Shown in pieces: positions 14,241 to 28,059 of a stretch of 64,000 bases of DNA. Source of the DNA: Octopus sinensis (Eukaryota). The notes beneath the pieces are model-generated. The model had not been told where the DNA came from. It worked only from the letters and a program-made list of their open reading frames with translations, and did no database searches. The translations under genes and the position numbers were made by a program. Position 1 is the stretch's first letter. Every line of letters begins with the position of its first letter. The DNA is taken from NCBI RefSeq assembly GCF_006345805.1, contig NC_043012.1:46376001-46440000 (forward strand), written 5' to 3'.

Positions 14241-14548
14241 TATGTATATTTATATACACGCATAAACATATACACACACAGAGACATATATATAGACATG
14301 CATAAATGTGTGGGCCTATATATATATATATAGATAGATAGATAGATAGATAAATATGCATGTGTGTGTCTATGTATGTATATATCTATACATGTATGTA
14401 TGTATATATCTATACATCTATACATCTATCAGATAACTACGCGTCATATTGTTACCTGTCGTGTATATCGTATATATGTATCTATGCATGTATGTGTTCA
14501 AAGCACACGCGTACGCATTATGGATCATGTATATAATAACATACAATA

Positions 14549-14617
<69 letters not shown>

Positions 14618-14635
14618 TATATACATATATATATA

Positions 14636-16029
14636 CAGTTGCAGCCAAAATATTCAGAACGACATTGTTTTAATCAGAAAAGTAAGTATAAGTTTTTATC
14701 AAAGTTGTTTTATATTCTATAATTTTTACAGAACATAAACACAATATTAATTGTTATTGTCTGATTTTGGTGTAATTTGAGAGGATAATACAAAAGTTAT
14801 GGATGATTTAGTGATTTACTGCAAAACCCATGGCGGCCAAAATGATCAGAACGGTTGAAAAAATAACAAAATAGTCAGAATTGACAGAGAATACTGAAAT
14901 TATTTAATATTTAGTGTGAAGCCCTTTAGCTTCAATCACACTCTGACATCTTCGACTGCACGAGGAAATTAAATTTTCAATTTCTTGCTGGGTGATCTTA
15001 TTCCATTCTTCCTGAAGGGCATTCCATAATTACTCAGTTGTTTTAGGATTTCTGGCTTTCGAACGTTCTCCTAGAATATTCCATACATTTTCAATAGGAT
15101 TGAGATCTGGGCTTTGAGCAGACCAATCCATAACAATAACCTTTTCAGCCTTGAGGAAGTTCATTACCACCTTAGCCTTGTGACACGGCGCATTGTCCTG
15201 CATGAATATGGTTGGTCGCTTAGTTGAATTTCTCAGCACAGGCAAGACATGATCTTTTACAAGTTGTTTATAAACTCCTGCATTTACCTTTCCATGTAAT
15301 CGCACCAAAGGGCCCCCACCATCCCCAGATATCATCCCCCAAACCATGACACTTCCTCCACCGAATTTAACACAAGTCTTAAGGCATTTAGGCGACAATT
15401 TTTCACCTTCTTTTCTACGAACGTACCTTTTCCCATCTGAGCCAAATAACATAAACTTAGATTCATCACTGAAATGCACCGTTTGCTATTTTTCTTGAGA
15501 CCACAACACATGTTCGGTTGCAAAGGTAAGACGACACTTTTTATTCTTGGAGCTGATCAGTGGCTTCACTGCAGGCGCTCTTGCTTGTAGGTCATGTTCA
15601 ACTAAACGACGAGACACAATTTTTCGAGATAAAGTTTTCTTTAATACAATGATCATTTTCCGAGAAACAGCAGCAGCAGTTTTAAATCTGTCCTTTTTAA
15701 CCAACTTTACCATAGCACGATCTTCTCTCTTAATCGTTTTTCTTTGCCTACCTGTAAACCTTCTTGCTTCCCACGAACCACAATCATCGTAGACCTTAAG
15801 AATACCGTGTACAACACTTTTTGACTTGTTAACAATCTTTGCAATAGATCCAATACTTAAATTATCCATAACGTTTGTATTATCCTCTCAAATTACACCA
15901 AAATCTCAGGCAATAACAAATAATATCGTATCTATTGTCTGTGAAAATTATAGAATATAAAACAACTTTGATAAAAAATTATATCTACTTTTCTGACGAA
16001 AACAATGCCGTTCTGAACATTTTGGCTTT

Positions 16030-16034
<5 letters not shown>
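14636..16034 (-). mobile_element. Tc1-family DNA transposon, ~1.4 kb, with long terminal inverted repeats (TIRs)
   Basis: Imperfect TIRs of ~175 bp (14636-~14810 and ~15858-16034) starting CAGTTGCAGCCAAAAT; flanked by TA within (TA)n; encloses the transposase. Confidence 0.93.
14904..15869 (-). pseudogene. Tc1 DD34E transposase with two in-frame nonsense codons
   Basis: One reading frame: HTH region, FSDESKF, VMVWG, FMQDNAPCH, 34 aa, SPDLNPIENVW, ending GLHTKY*. Stops at 15486 (EK*QTV) and 15030 (TTE*LW). Confidence 0.95.
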
Positions 16035-16087
<53 letters not shown>

Positions 16088-16130
16088 ATACTGTGTACAT
16101 TTAAGCACATAAGCGAGAGCCAGAACAGGA

Positions 16131-16295
16131 CATCTGACCCGCTAGAAGAAGTAGCTAAACTCCAAACCACTATTACGTGTAATTTCGAAATGGAATAAAA
16201 AAAATTAAATCATTTACCCTCTATTTTTCATTCCCTTTCGAAATTAACCCTAATAGTGTTTTTGGGTTTAACTACTCTTTCTGGCGGGTCAGATG
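16131..16295. mobile_element. MITE-like imperfect foldback (165 bp)
   Basis: CATCTGACCCGCTAGAAG...CACTATTA is inverted as TAATAGTG...CTGGCGGGTCAGATG; inner AATTTCGAAA...GGAAT / ATTCC...TTTCGAAATT. Confidence 0.65.
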
Positions 16296-16430
16296 GCCTA
16301 TTATGGCCATCTCTTTTGTGTTTAAATGTATTTTTTTCTATGAATGATACATATTCTATTGACTAGTTGTTTCTTTTCGCTAGACGACTGGTAACAATGA
16401 CATTTTCTAAATTGTTTTTGCTACCGTGGA

Positions 16431-16485
<55 letters not shown>

Positions 16486-17084
16486 TTGAGACGAATTTAG
16501 TACTTAGTTTGAGGTACTAGAATTTAGTAAGGTATTGTCAATACAATTTTAAAATAAGGTAATTAAAATCAAAATAAGCAACAAGGATATCCAGAGGTAA
16601 TGCAGTACGATGGTTTCAAGCAACGCCATTTCATTAAACAATGCAGCCATTACATAAATTTAAATGCAGAGCAATCCTCAGCTGCATAAAACATTGAATT
16701 TTATTAAATTAAAACAGATTGACACATTAGTATAATGCTACCTAAAGTCTCCAAGAAGGTAAGGAGATAGGCAAAGAACAAGCTGCCTTCACCCCAGCTT
16801 AGAATGTTTTAATTTACATATATATATATATATAAATTAATAAATAAATAAAACAAATGCATATATACATATATATATGTACCTCTACATGTATATATAC
16901 ATGCATATATGGGTACAGAACACCAAAAAAAAAACGTCGAACACAATGAGAAACGAAAACATAAACCAAGGAAATGGACATTTTTCTTAAACAACGAAAA
17001 AATAGGGTACAGGACATACAAAACAAGGAAAATTCCCCTTCTTCAGTCGCCTTGAAGGATTGACGATTAAAACATTGCAACAGT

Positions 17085-17371
17085 TTGAATTATATGTACT
17101 CACGGCTCTTCAATATCCTTCCAAAATGCCTGAGTCCTGCATGGTGTGGATTAGGTGTTCTCAAAACAAAACTTGATCTCCTCCTCTCATGGGTTCCAGA
17201 TGAGCCTTATCTAACGGCAAGAAATACAGATGATAGCAGCAACATCAAACTCACTCATTCACCAAATGCCACATTCAAGGAAGGTTTCAAATAACGGTGT
17301 AGCACAGCCAACGCTGATGCCCCAACATGACTGCAGTTTCTAGCGGAAACAATTTAAAGAATTAAAGAATT
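17085..17371 (+). mobile_element. 3' end of a CR1/L2-group LINE
   Basis: SRLFNILPKCL...VLKTKLDLLLSWVPDEP matches the typical post-RT C-terminus; short (AAAGAATT)2 tail. Confidence 0.65.
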
Positions 17372-20300
17372 TCGAGAAAGGTTACACATTCGCATGCATA
17401 CATATTAAAATATTCACATACTTGTTTAAATATATTCTCAGGTTTAGACAAATGCTTGGTCATTGCAAAAGCATTTCAGCATTTTAATACGGCTTAATCT
17501 ACCAATATAAGTATTTGTTTTGAATAAACGTCTAATGGTATTTCTAGTTGTATTTTTATTGTATTTTAAGTAAAAATTTGTGTATGTGCGTACGCGAATA
17601 TACACGTACGTATGCGTATATTGTTTGTTCCCTTCGTTTCTTCTCTACCTGTCTTGCTGGCGTGGGTAATAAAGAAATATTTGTTACAGCTAACTGTCAA
17701 AGAAAATAATTTTTTTCCGCACTCCAGCAATGTTCTCATTTGCATACAGCCAATCAGAGCTCAACTACCAAACTAATTCAAGTGCGCGTAACAAGTGATG
17801 TACGATAAGGTCACTTGGGTAAGGAACGACCATGCTTCTTTTCTCTTTTAAAAGGCTTGTTCATGTTCTTGTTTCAACCATGGCTGCCTCTGCATAGTTA
17901 TTTGTGTTGTTGTTTACTTTCTAAAACAGTAAGGGGAGAAGGATGCTAGCACATCACCCTCTATCCACATTTCAACTACTCAAATGGAAGATCTTTGTGA
18001 TTTGAAACATCACTTCTTTTATTATACGAGCTAATGCTCCAACGGACAGGCTGACCTCATTTGGATGAGGTAAAAACCCACTACACCGGTGAGTCGCGTA
18101 TTTTGTGCATTAGCACCGTTTGTCATGTTTCTAGTCAGTCATCATTACTTCTAATTTCAACACTTCGTATGACATTCTCAGCCCATGCTCCATTTGCAAA
18201 TATCATGCTACAAAGATGTATGAATCAAAGGTTTAATTTCATTAACTCTAACTCAATTCATATCTAAATACATGTTATATTTGAATGTTTTCAATATATT
18301 GTACACGTTGAAATTATAATCATTTACAATACAAATAGTTCCAGAAGACTTAAACGTGTATAAAAAATATATGTAATACGTTCCATCTATATTATATTGA
18401 AATTTTTAAACAAATTTTGCTGCAAGAGTAGCCATTCTACTATTCCAACACATCTTAATTAAAATTAAACCTTAGTGATGAATAAAGCAGGGATGAACTA
18501 AAAGCTTTTAATGCAATAAGTAAGGAAATAGGGATTTCAATTGACTTTTCACCTATACGTTGAAATCCGTAGGGTTAAGTTGTATTAAGCTTAACAGTAG
18601 TACAGTAGAACTGACCTAGCAGGCACTCGTAGGTCATGAGAAATCTACGAAACCATGTATTAATACAAAAGTGCGCCCGAAGTTGTAAAATAAAGGTGAA
18701 GATCAAGTATTCGTGACTGAAAGTAAAACTTTTACATAATTAAATTAAATTGCATTATATATCTCGCATGTATATTAGATATCAGTCATTTGTTTATAAC
18801 TGTTTACATCAAAAAGAGTAAATCTGTAATTAATGAAAATTCTATAGTTTACTACTTTAAAGATATACACACACACACACACACATAGACACACACACAA
18901 ACACACACACACATATGTGAAGAAACCCATTTTTTTCTGTCGCAGTTTTATATGCCTTAATATTAGACTATTTTCAATAGTCAATATATATGGTGAAAAC
19001 TTCTAATTATATTTAAGAAAACTTTTCACTCATCACTGTTTTTTTAAACTTAGATGCACTCACGCACACACGCATACACACACGCACACTTATACACACA
19101 TACACATTCGCATAAATATACACACTCATAAATACGCGCACGATCGCACTCATACGTATGTTTTCTACTATCTCCTGTGCTGCTGCTGCCAGCGAACTTT
19201 CGAAGTTACAATCAATAAGCACTTCGCTTGAATTATCTGTAATGCACCTTAGTTATTGTGATTTATTTCTCCTCTTTCTATTACTTAAAACACGCACATG
19301 CACATTCACACATACCTACACACACATATATACACACACACACACGCACGCACACATACACTCACGTATACACACGCGTATATTTACACATATTGTGGAA
19401 AGTAAGACACTGCTAATATTTTGATTCGCAGTTCATGTACTTTAAGAGTCATCAAGAACGTGCACACTTTAATTCGTGTTCTATATAAATATGATAGTGT
19501 TTCAATAGCTGGAAATCGATACTTTACGTTTGAAATTCTTATTCTGCTTCAGTGTCATATCAGAATGTGTATGGTAATATTACATTCAATTTACACGCAA
19601 CGAATATTTTTGTTTGTCGATGTACGTGACAAATTAGATTTCTCTCATATGACTAACAGCAAACAAAACTTACGTTATGTTGATGTAAGATTTTGCCTGT
19701 TATTCAACAACGTTTGATCTTGTAAAAACTACAGTTATCTTCAAGATTGGTCTTGATCAGCCTTAAGCATCGCAAGTGGTTTAAAGTATGAACAGAAATA
19801 TACAGTTGTAACCTGATTTTTTTCTTGATAATTTGTTTAAGATAACGCGTGCGGTTAACTTATGGAGGATTATATTCCTGCAGCTGTTTTATGGCATTCA
19901 ACTTATGATAGTATTTATGGAGTATGCTGTGTTTCAACCTGTTTTCTCTAAGACGAATAATGAAATGCAATATATTCTGCTGTTAAATCGTTTTCCACAA
20001 GACCATGGAATATAGAATTTAATATCATTGAATAGTACTTTTCTTGTCAGAAGTATTAACTATAAATAAATTCCAACATTTATTCATAGATGTAATATCT
20101 AGGGATAACGCTACCACACTGATTCTGGTCATCGGCATAAATAGCGATATATAACTAAGGATTTTACCTGAATACATGGAACTTTTAAAACACATAACTC
20201 TTTAGATAACCATAATAATTGTATCTAGAAAACCTGTTACGATATAACATTTGAGCAAACGTTGGAGTTTCTAATGTTTTAATAATCGAGGGTACATGCA

Positions 20301-20963
20301 AATATTTTAGATGTCTAACCAAACAGTTCATTGAAGTCTTTTGGAATTCTGCCCGAAAGCGTTTATCTCGTGTGATGAATTCGATTATTGGTCCACCAAT
20401 TGTGAGAATCATCCAACCGCCTACCTTTAAGAAAGCAGGAAAGCTGTGTTCCTCTGTCAAGTAGCTATGGCCAGAGAGGATGTGTGGTTCACGAGGTTGA
20501 ATATACTGAGAAACGACACGTTCCTAATCGGTCAATCGGCAGATTCAAATTCCACTTGGAAAGCAAGTGGGTGTGTAGAGAGAAATGACACCTCTTAGTG
20601 ACTCTGTGACAGCGTGGATGACCGTGGTAGAAACGAGAAAGATGAATGGACATACTCTAAATATGCGCCTCTAGATTGAAGAACAGTTGGGCCAAGGTTC
20701 ATGGCTTTGGTGATCAGGATAATTCTCAATTTTTTAGGAACTTGGTTGGTCCTAGAGAGAGGTTTAGTGTATCAGGATGACTGCACCATTCATGTTGTCA
20801 CATATATCGAGTACTTTGTATATTTATATCTCATACTCTTGTCCTTCGTCGTACCCTGCATTTTTTTAAAGTAAACTGGAGAGTGCTTTTTCTTTTGATG
20901 TCACTATAGGGATTGTCCCTGTTGCTCATGGAAGTAATTATCATCATTGTTATCATTATAACC

Positions 20964-21027
<64 letters not shown>

Positions 21028-21872
21028 AACTACAGTGTACATTAAAACACATTAAAAGACTTCCATCATAGGAATCCTTTACGCTAGAAAGAACAGTTAA
21101 TGTCCAAATCACTAAATTAGGGATAAATCCTCGAAGGGAATGAAAAATGAAAACATTTTCCATCTAATTCCTGGATCATGGTTTCTGACTTATTTTAGAA
21201 AATAAAAATTATTTATTACCAGGTGAATCTTCATCAACAGGGACGCCATAGATTAAATATATAAGCAACGAGGCTAATCCAACATGTGTCTCATTGCTTG
21301 TATATTTAATTTTTTTCTCAAATCCACTTTTTTGTCGGCAGCAAGATTCTGGCAAAAGGATTCCTATGATGGAAGCCTCTTACTGTGTTTTAATGTACAC
21401 CGTATTTTATATGAATAATATATAGTCTATTGACAAATTTTTTGTACGCTAGGCCACAGGTAGTAAACATTTCTAAAATTTGTATTACCCTGATATTATT
21501 AATTATGTATAATGATTTCTGGTATATTCGTTCGAATATATTGCCGGCATATTCTTGCTGCCGGCAAAAAAGACTGCGCTTGTTTTTAAACTTGATATGG
21601 ATTAGGTTTTGTATACTAATTACGAAAATGATATTCATTTCCCCTATAAGTTCATAATTAAAAAGTTATTAGTTTGGAAAATTTCCACAATTTGGGTATT
21701 TTAGCCAATCAGAAGTGAGAATGTTACACATCACCGTGAAGTTCTGTTAGCATAATAAGCAAAGAAACAAACCGAGTTCCATAGCTGACTGCAACGAACT
21801 CTATTTCTGTATTAACCAAATATTCTGCGCATGCGTACAAGGAGTGTAGAAAAAGACTGCATTTGACGCTCA

Positions 21873-22148
21873 GTTTGTCCAGGAACTACTATCCTCACTG
21901 ACTTTTGAGGAGCTTATAAATATATTCCAGAAATCGTGGGCTATGATTTCAAACATAAAACTGTGAACCATAGTATTGAGTTGATAAACTCAATATATGG
22001 GACTCCCACTCAACAAACTGAGAGTATCTGGGCATCTTTAAAGCGTGGAAACAAACGCCAGTGTGGGACACACGGTTCCATGGTTGACTCTTATCTTTGT
22101 GTATTTATGTGGGAAAGGAGAAAGATAGTTTATTTTATAAAATCCTAG
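21873..22148 (+). pseudogene. Merlin (IS1595/ISXO2-like) transposase C-terminal fragment
   Basis: VCPGTTILTDF*GAY...HKTVNHS...GTPTQQTESIWASLKRGNKRQCGT...DSYLCVFMW matches the Merlin motifs PGTTI.SD.W.AY, H.TVNHS, TQ.IES.W and SYL.EF.W. Confidence 0.8.
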
Positions 22149-22470
22149 AGTGTATTGCAAACTTTCGTTCTTGACTTTCTTTTAACTAATAAATAGCAGT
22201 TTTAAGCAATGTTTTGACTGTTATTCCTAGCAACTCTTGTTTGTTTGCTCGTAGCTTTTCAAGCTTTAATTTACTCGTGAATCTTTAAACGTTTTTCACT
22301 GTCTACTGTAGCTAATGCTTTGACTTGCTAGTGCTCCCTCCCCCTTCTCGATACTATGACAGATAATGGAAGTGGCAACGAACACGTTGCTTTCTGATTG
22401 GTTGAAAATTCGGAAAATTATCAAATATATATGTATATATATATATACAGACATATATATATATATATAT

Positions 22471-22820
22471 ACGACGGGTTTCTTTTAGATTCCATCAACC
22501 AAATCTACTCACAAAGCTTTGGTGGCTCGAGACTATAGTAGAAGACGACTACGGTGCCACACAGTGGAACTGGACTCGGAACCATGTGTTTGGGAAGTAA
22601 GCTTTTTACCGCAGAGTGGTCATGCTTTCCTTGTTTCTGCCAACAGACTGCGGTCATGCTGGGGCACCGCTATGAAAAATTGTTAGTCAAATAGTTAATA
22701 CTCATTCTACTGGTCTATTTCCCAAACCATTCGGTTACGGGGATGTAAGTACACTATCAGCGTTTGTTAAGCGGTGGGTAGGGACAGAAACTGACAATGA
22801 CACAACTCACACACACACAC
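22471..22820 (-). mobile_element. SINE head (22471-22625) next to a SINE tail (22626-22820)
   Basis: ACGACGGG..CCAAATCTACTCACAAAGCTTTGG...GGTGCCACACAGTGGAACTGGACTCGGAACCATG; same family as 29822-29982. Confidence 0.7.
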
Positions 22821-23519
22821 ACAATTTGCACAATTTCGGTATTTTAGCCAATCAGAAGCAAGTATTTTACACATCACCTTGAAGTTCTGTTACCATTGTA
22901 AGCATAGTTGACTGCGAAGAAGTCTGTTTCCATAGTAACCATAGATGCTGCGCATGCGAACAAGGAGAGTAAAAAAGGACTGCATACGACACACACACAT
23001 AAATACACGTGCAAGAAATAAAAATTATTGAACTTTCTACAGATACATAAGGCGCGTTCACTTAACTAGTCTGAATGCGCCCCAATTGTGTGTACACGCG
23101 GTTATGAATAATATTTTATATCACGATATTATTAACTATACAGTTTTTGATGAAAATAATTAATTATAAGACGAGTATGCACATTTGCATACACATGTTT
23201 CCCTCTGCACACACATACAAACACACACGCTCGCATACGTCCCTCCCCCATATATATAGAGAGATATATAGATAGATAGATAGAGAGATATATAGATAGA
23301 TATAGATAGAGAGATAGATATATAGATATATATACCATCTCTAAGCATAGCAACATATATATATGTGTGTGTGTGTGTATGTATGTGCGTGTGTGTGCGC
23401 GCACACGAACACAAACACACATGACAGAAGTAAATGGACACACTAATATTCTTTAAAAATTATTTAAATCGGAAATTATACATTCAAATTATTTATTGAT
23501 AGTTATAATGTGGTTATTT

Positions 23520-24390
23520 AATATTTAATTGACATGCCCTTTGCATTTTTCGATGCAAGGATCCAATTAGACATGTTACCGATCAGATGATGAGTATTCT
23601 CGTGCGGAATTTCTTGCCAAGTTCGTTGCGGTAATCTCAAAAGAACTGGCTTTGAAGATGCTTTCTTGTTCTTTTTATGAATTACTCTGTCTTTGTGTCC
23701 CAGAGGAGTTCAACAGTGTTCACATCTGGTGACTGGCTCCGCCATGAAAGACTTTTAATGCCATTGTCATCTAAAAAATCTTGGTTAATTTCAGCGGTTT
23801 GACATAAATAAAAGTCTTCTTTAATCATTTCACCCCTGGAGAGATTGGAAGGAGTCCTTTCTGCAATATGGACACATATGTATCTGAGTTTATTTTTCCC
23901 TCACACTCCACCAACTCTGATCAAAAAGTGCTCCAAATTGCCCCCCAGGCTATCACAGATTAGCTGCCATGTTTCATCGTTGGCTGCTATCGTTTCACAT
24001 CAAATTCTAAATCACAGAATCTCTATACTCACAGTCGACCACTGTCTGGAAATACAGCAAATCTGGTCTCATCAAAAAAGATTGCAGTAGCTTTTCCACC
24101 ATCTCACTGGCCTAATCTTTTTTCGCTTGATGTTGGCTGGTCGAAGAAGTGGTTTCCTTCTTGCTGCACCACCATAGTAACGAAGTTTGTGATACTTAAC
24201 TGCTGTTTTGGGACTGATATCAACTTGTTCTGCTATGTTGGAGGCCTTGCACCGAGGGTTATCCTCGACACTTCTCTTAAGAAAACGAAGGGTCCTGTCA
24301 GAGCGTTCTGGTTGATCTAGGCGAGGTAATGTGAAATCCTCCCCTCTTAGGAGAATTTGCCCAATCACTCTATTAACTGTAAAAAGCAGG
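23520..24390 (-). pseudogene. Heavily degraded Tc1 transposase (different subfamily from 14.9 kb)
   Basis: ARRKPLLRPANIKR, FDETRF, VIAWGAIW, SQSPDVNTVELLW and terminal KGMSIKY*, with many stops and frameshifts. Confidence 0.8.
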
Positions 24391-24421
24391 ATTCCAAATA
24401 TCAATTTTTACCCTTAGCAGC

Positions 24422-24851
24422 AGGGTAAAAATTGATATTAGTCAATTAAAACCAGTGGTCTAGCACATTAAAAAGAATCCGAAGATTAAAATATTTATAT
24501 ATGCCAATTAAGGACTGAACACGAAAAAGTGGACAGTCAACATACTATACGCTGACGAAGCTACAGATATCCTTGTGATATTAATAGCTGAAACTGTACG
24601 GTACGTAGGTGATTATTCCATTTCGTATATTTCTTTTGTCTCATCCATTGCTTTAGGTCGTACTGAATTTTATTTTTATTTGAGAACAAAATCTTTGTGG
24701 AGAATGGCGATTTGACGTCTATATCTAGCATGTTGACTGTCCACTTTTTCGTGTTCAGTCCTTAATTGGTATATATAAATATTTTAATCTTCGGATTCTT
24801 TTTAATGTGCTAGACCACTGGTTTTAATTGACTAATATCAATTTTTACCCT
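24422..24851. mobile_element. 430-bp element with 122-bp near-perfect inverted arms and a central hammerhead
   Basis: 24422-24543 is the reverse complement of 24730-24851 (one mismatch seen). No matching TSD. An extra arm-end fragment lies at 24397-24415. Confidence 0.9.
24548..24607 (+). ncRNA. Type-I hammerhead ribozyme, canonical core
   Basis: Stem I TACG/CGTA; CTGACGA (24552-58); stem II AGCTA...TAGCT with inner ATATC/GATAT helix; GAAA (24590-93); near-palindromic ACTGTACGGT; GUA triplet (A24603). Confidence 0.75.
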
Positions 24852-24858
24852 TAATTTT

Positions 24859-24894
<36 letters not shown>

Positions 24895-25150
24895 TATATG
24901 TAATTTATATTTTAATTATTTCAATTATTAGATTGCGGCGATGCAAGGGCACTACCTTAGAATTTGTTTTCTGCTGAATCGACCCAATTACTTTTTTTGT
25001 TAGAGTGGTACTTATTCCATCGACCGCTTTTCCCTTACTGCTAATGTACGGGAACGTAAATACATCAACATCGGTTCTTAAGCTGTGGTAAGGGACGATC
25101 ATAAACGTAAAACCATATACATACAGACACAACACCACACACACACACAC

Positions 25151-25198
<48 letters not shown>

Positions 25199-28059
25199 AT
25201 ATATACATACATATATATGCATACACACACAGAAGTACACATAGATGTATTTATATAGGTACAGTATATAGCTCTAATTTAGGTAAAAACCAACAGATTG
25301 ATACGCAATCCAACCAATTTAATACTCACTAAAAAAGAGCTACTAGGAGTTTAATGTAGTTTAGTAGTTTAGTTTCTACGTGGGCATATTTATAAAGCAC
25401 GCCATGTATTTCCTTAAAATATATCTCACGCTCTGTTTATGCGTGAGATATATTTAAAAAAAAAACATAACGCTGGTATGGGAAAAGAAAGATAACTGAG
25501 AATATCGCGAAGTTTCATGCAATAATATGGAATGAGAAGAAAGAAACGAAAGTAACATAACCAAGATTCCCTTCTTCCTGAGAGCAGGAATCACAATCAG
25601 TTAATTAATATAAGTACCTAACACATAAACAAAGCCTGAAAGATTGCCTGGTGACGCATGGCGCGTGTTTTACAAATCTACCTTTCGGATTTGACGATTT
25701 CGGATTTTGATGTAGAGCGTCATAATTCACATCAGTAACTCTTACCGCGCCTATGGTTAACCTCAATACCCTCTGTCAGTCTTATAAAAAAAAATCTATT
25801 GAAACTCATATGTTGATTTCAAGACGGAAAAGGTGTAAACTACAAGATAATATGGGTGGCGTTAGCTTATTAGGTGGCTTTAGTTTGTTAAATTGCTAAT
25901 AAGGTAGTTCAGTTCTAATGATTTCTTAAATTACTGATCGTTTTGTTTTGTTTGTCAAAACTCTTTCGTTGCTTTTGCTACCTTATCAGTGCAAAGGTTG
26001 CAAGAAAGAATTTTGACAAACGAAAACAGAACAATCGGATATTTAACCAATTGCCTAATAATAAATTAGAAGAATTGAGCTAGCGTTTATTTTAATTTTA
26101 TTGGCCTCATGGCTCTCCATAAACACAACAAGATTTGTTTCAACTCACGAATTCACAGAAAGAATCTTGCAAACCAGATAGAAAAAAAAAAACGAAAACA
26201 AAAAAAAAACGATTTTGAAAGATAATCATTAAATATTGAATTCGAAATATAACCAAAGTTTTCTTCAAATAAATGAGTAAAATCGCCATCATGAAACTGA
26301 AGTACTTGAATTGGTGCTTTTATACATCAAACGATGGAGAAAGTCATAGAGATGCATTCATCTCCTTACTTGTTTAACTCCTTACAGAATATACTGTAAC
26401 CAGTGTTCTTGCGATGTACAGCAAACATCTTGAATAGTTTCGGGAAAAGATTTGCGCCACAACAACCCAAAGTACTGTCAATATTTTCATATTACGTTGC
26501 TAAGTATCATGTTTATAGAAAACCAAAGACCACCTACAAAGCAATTGCATTATAGCCATTGACTTATATCCATAAAATATCTATGCAACGACATTAATAA
26601 GATATCAATAATATCCTCACACAAAAAAGAAATTAATAGCAGCCAGTAAAAGAAAATTTAGAAAAGAAATTGCTCTATGCATATACAAAGACTATAAGTA
26701 CAAACACACGCGCGCGCACTGGTACACACACACACACACATACACACACACTTACACACACATACACGCGCAGGTTGTATCGTACTTGGTTACTACGGTG
26801 AAATTACTGATTCTTTCTTATTTTTTTGTAATGTTCAATACAGTTTAAGCAGATATTTGGCCAAGAACTTTCCATTTCTTGCAATCTCGATTTTGTGTTT
26901 ACATATAGCAATAACATGATATTCAAAGTCCCACACCTATTTGCTATCGTGCCAACAAAAGACTGAGATATCTACCTTCGAGGATCCTATATGAACATAC
27001 AGAACGGCAAGAAACTCAAACGAATATAGCACTATCAAGCTCCCTCTTTCACCAAGCATATGGTCATTGAAAATTAGATAAGACAAGCGGTGCCCAAACA
27101 TGGCCACAACCTTCAAGCTGAAACATATAAAAGAAAACTCGACTGCATTATCCGTTATGGCTTTGTTTATTAAGACAGTAAGTTGTGATCTGAGGATGTT
27201 TATATTGCTGTGCTTGGTAGTAGGTCAAATCGAAGCATAGAGCCATGTCTTAATGGTTTTATGTTCTCTTGATATCATGTGTTTCTGTGATGTTGCAATA
27301 AGCAACGAATCTACTCATAAAAAAATCAAACACAATCTATAAAATATCAAATCAAAAACATATTTCCATTCCCATGTAAAATGAATCATTACAGATATAA
27401 ATTAATCGGATAAAAACGAAAGTTAATAACGGATATTCAAATAATTGAGTTGGCCACCTTCTTCAGTAATACAGCGACAAATTCCTAGTAATAAATGCAA
27501 CAGAAGCAAAACAGCTAAAATAAGAAATCTTTTCATGATGTATATTACATGAACAAAATGCAAACTACCTTATAAAACAGATGAACACGCTTAAAACAAA
27601 ATTCATTAAGCAGAACACAATTCGCATTACGGCGATTAATAAACTAGCATTAAAAATCATGAAAGTTTTAAAAAGTAGAAAAGAAAAACTCGCATGTAAA
27701 ACCTGCTCGTCCACAACAAAATTGGCTGGAAGCCGCTAATAACCTTTACATGACTAAATTAATTTTAAAATTCGGATGAAAAGATGATCATTGAAAATTT
27801 GATTAATCTAATTGTTACAATGGATATAAGAATACTATAATCAAACACGCATATGGATGTACAAACACACGCATACGACGATAGATACATTCACATACAT
27901 CTGAATGTATGTACATGTGTGTGTGTCTGTGTATTTGTGTATGAGTTTGTGTGTCTGTATGTGTGCGTGCGTGTGTCTTGGTGTGAGCCTCTTTATATAT
28001 GCATATTAACACCATTTGTGTGTGTTGTGCATGTTAGTAATCGTTTCTACTATAACCAT

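Noticed and set aside
16900-17075. Minus-strand CTGAAGA-AGGGGAATTTTCCTT in a dispersed repeat
   Set aside because: GAAA is absent after the hairpin (it reads GTTT); at most a decayed or deleted HHR.
20185-20720. Possible exon or kinase-like piece (LGQGSW) and ORF 20185-20460
   Set aside because: In-frame stops, no consistent splice signals and no complete motif.
25500-25600. Minus-strand GGAAGAAGGGAAT...GAAAC
   Set aside because: The core lacks CUGA and stem II does not close.
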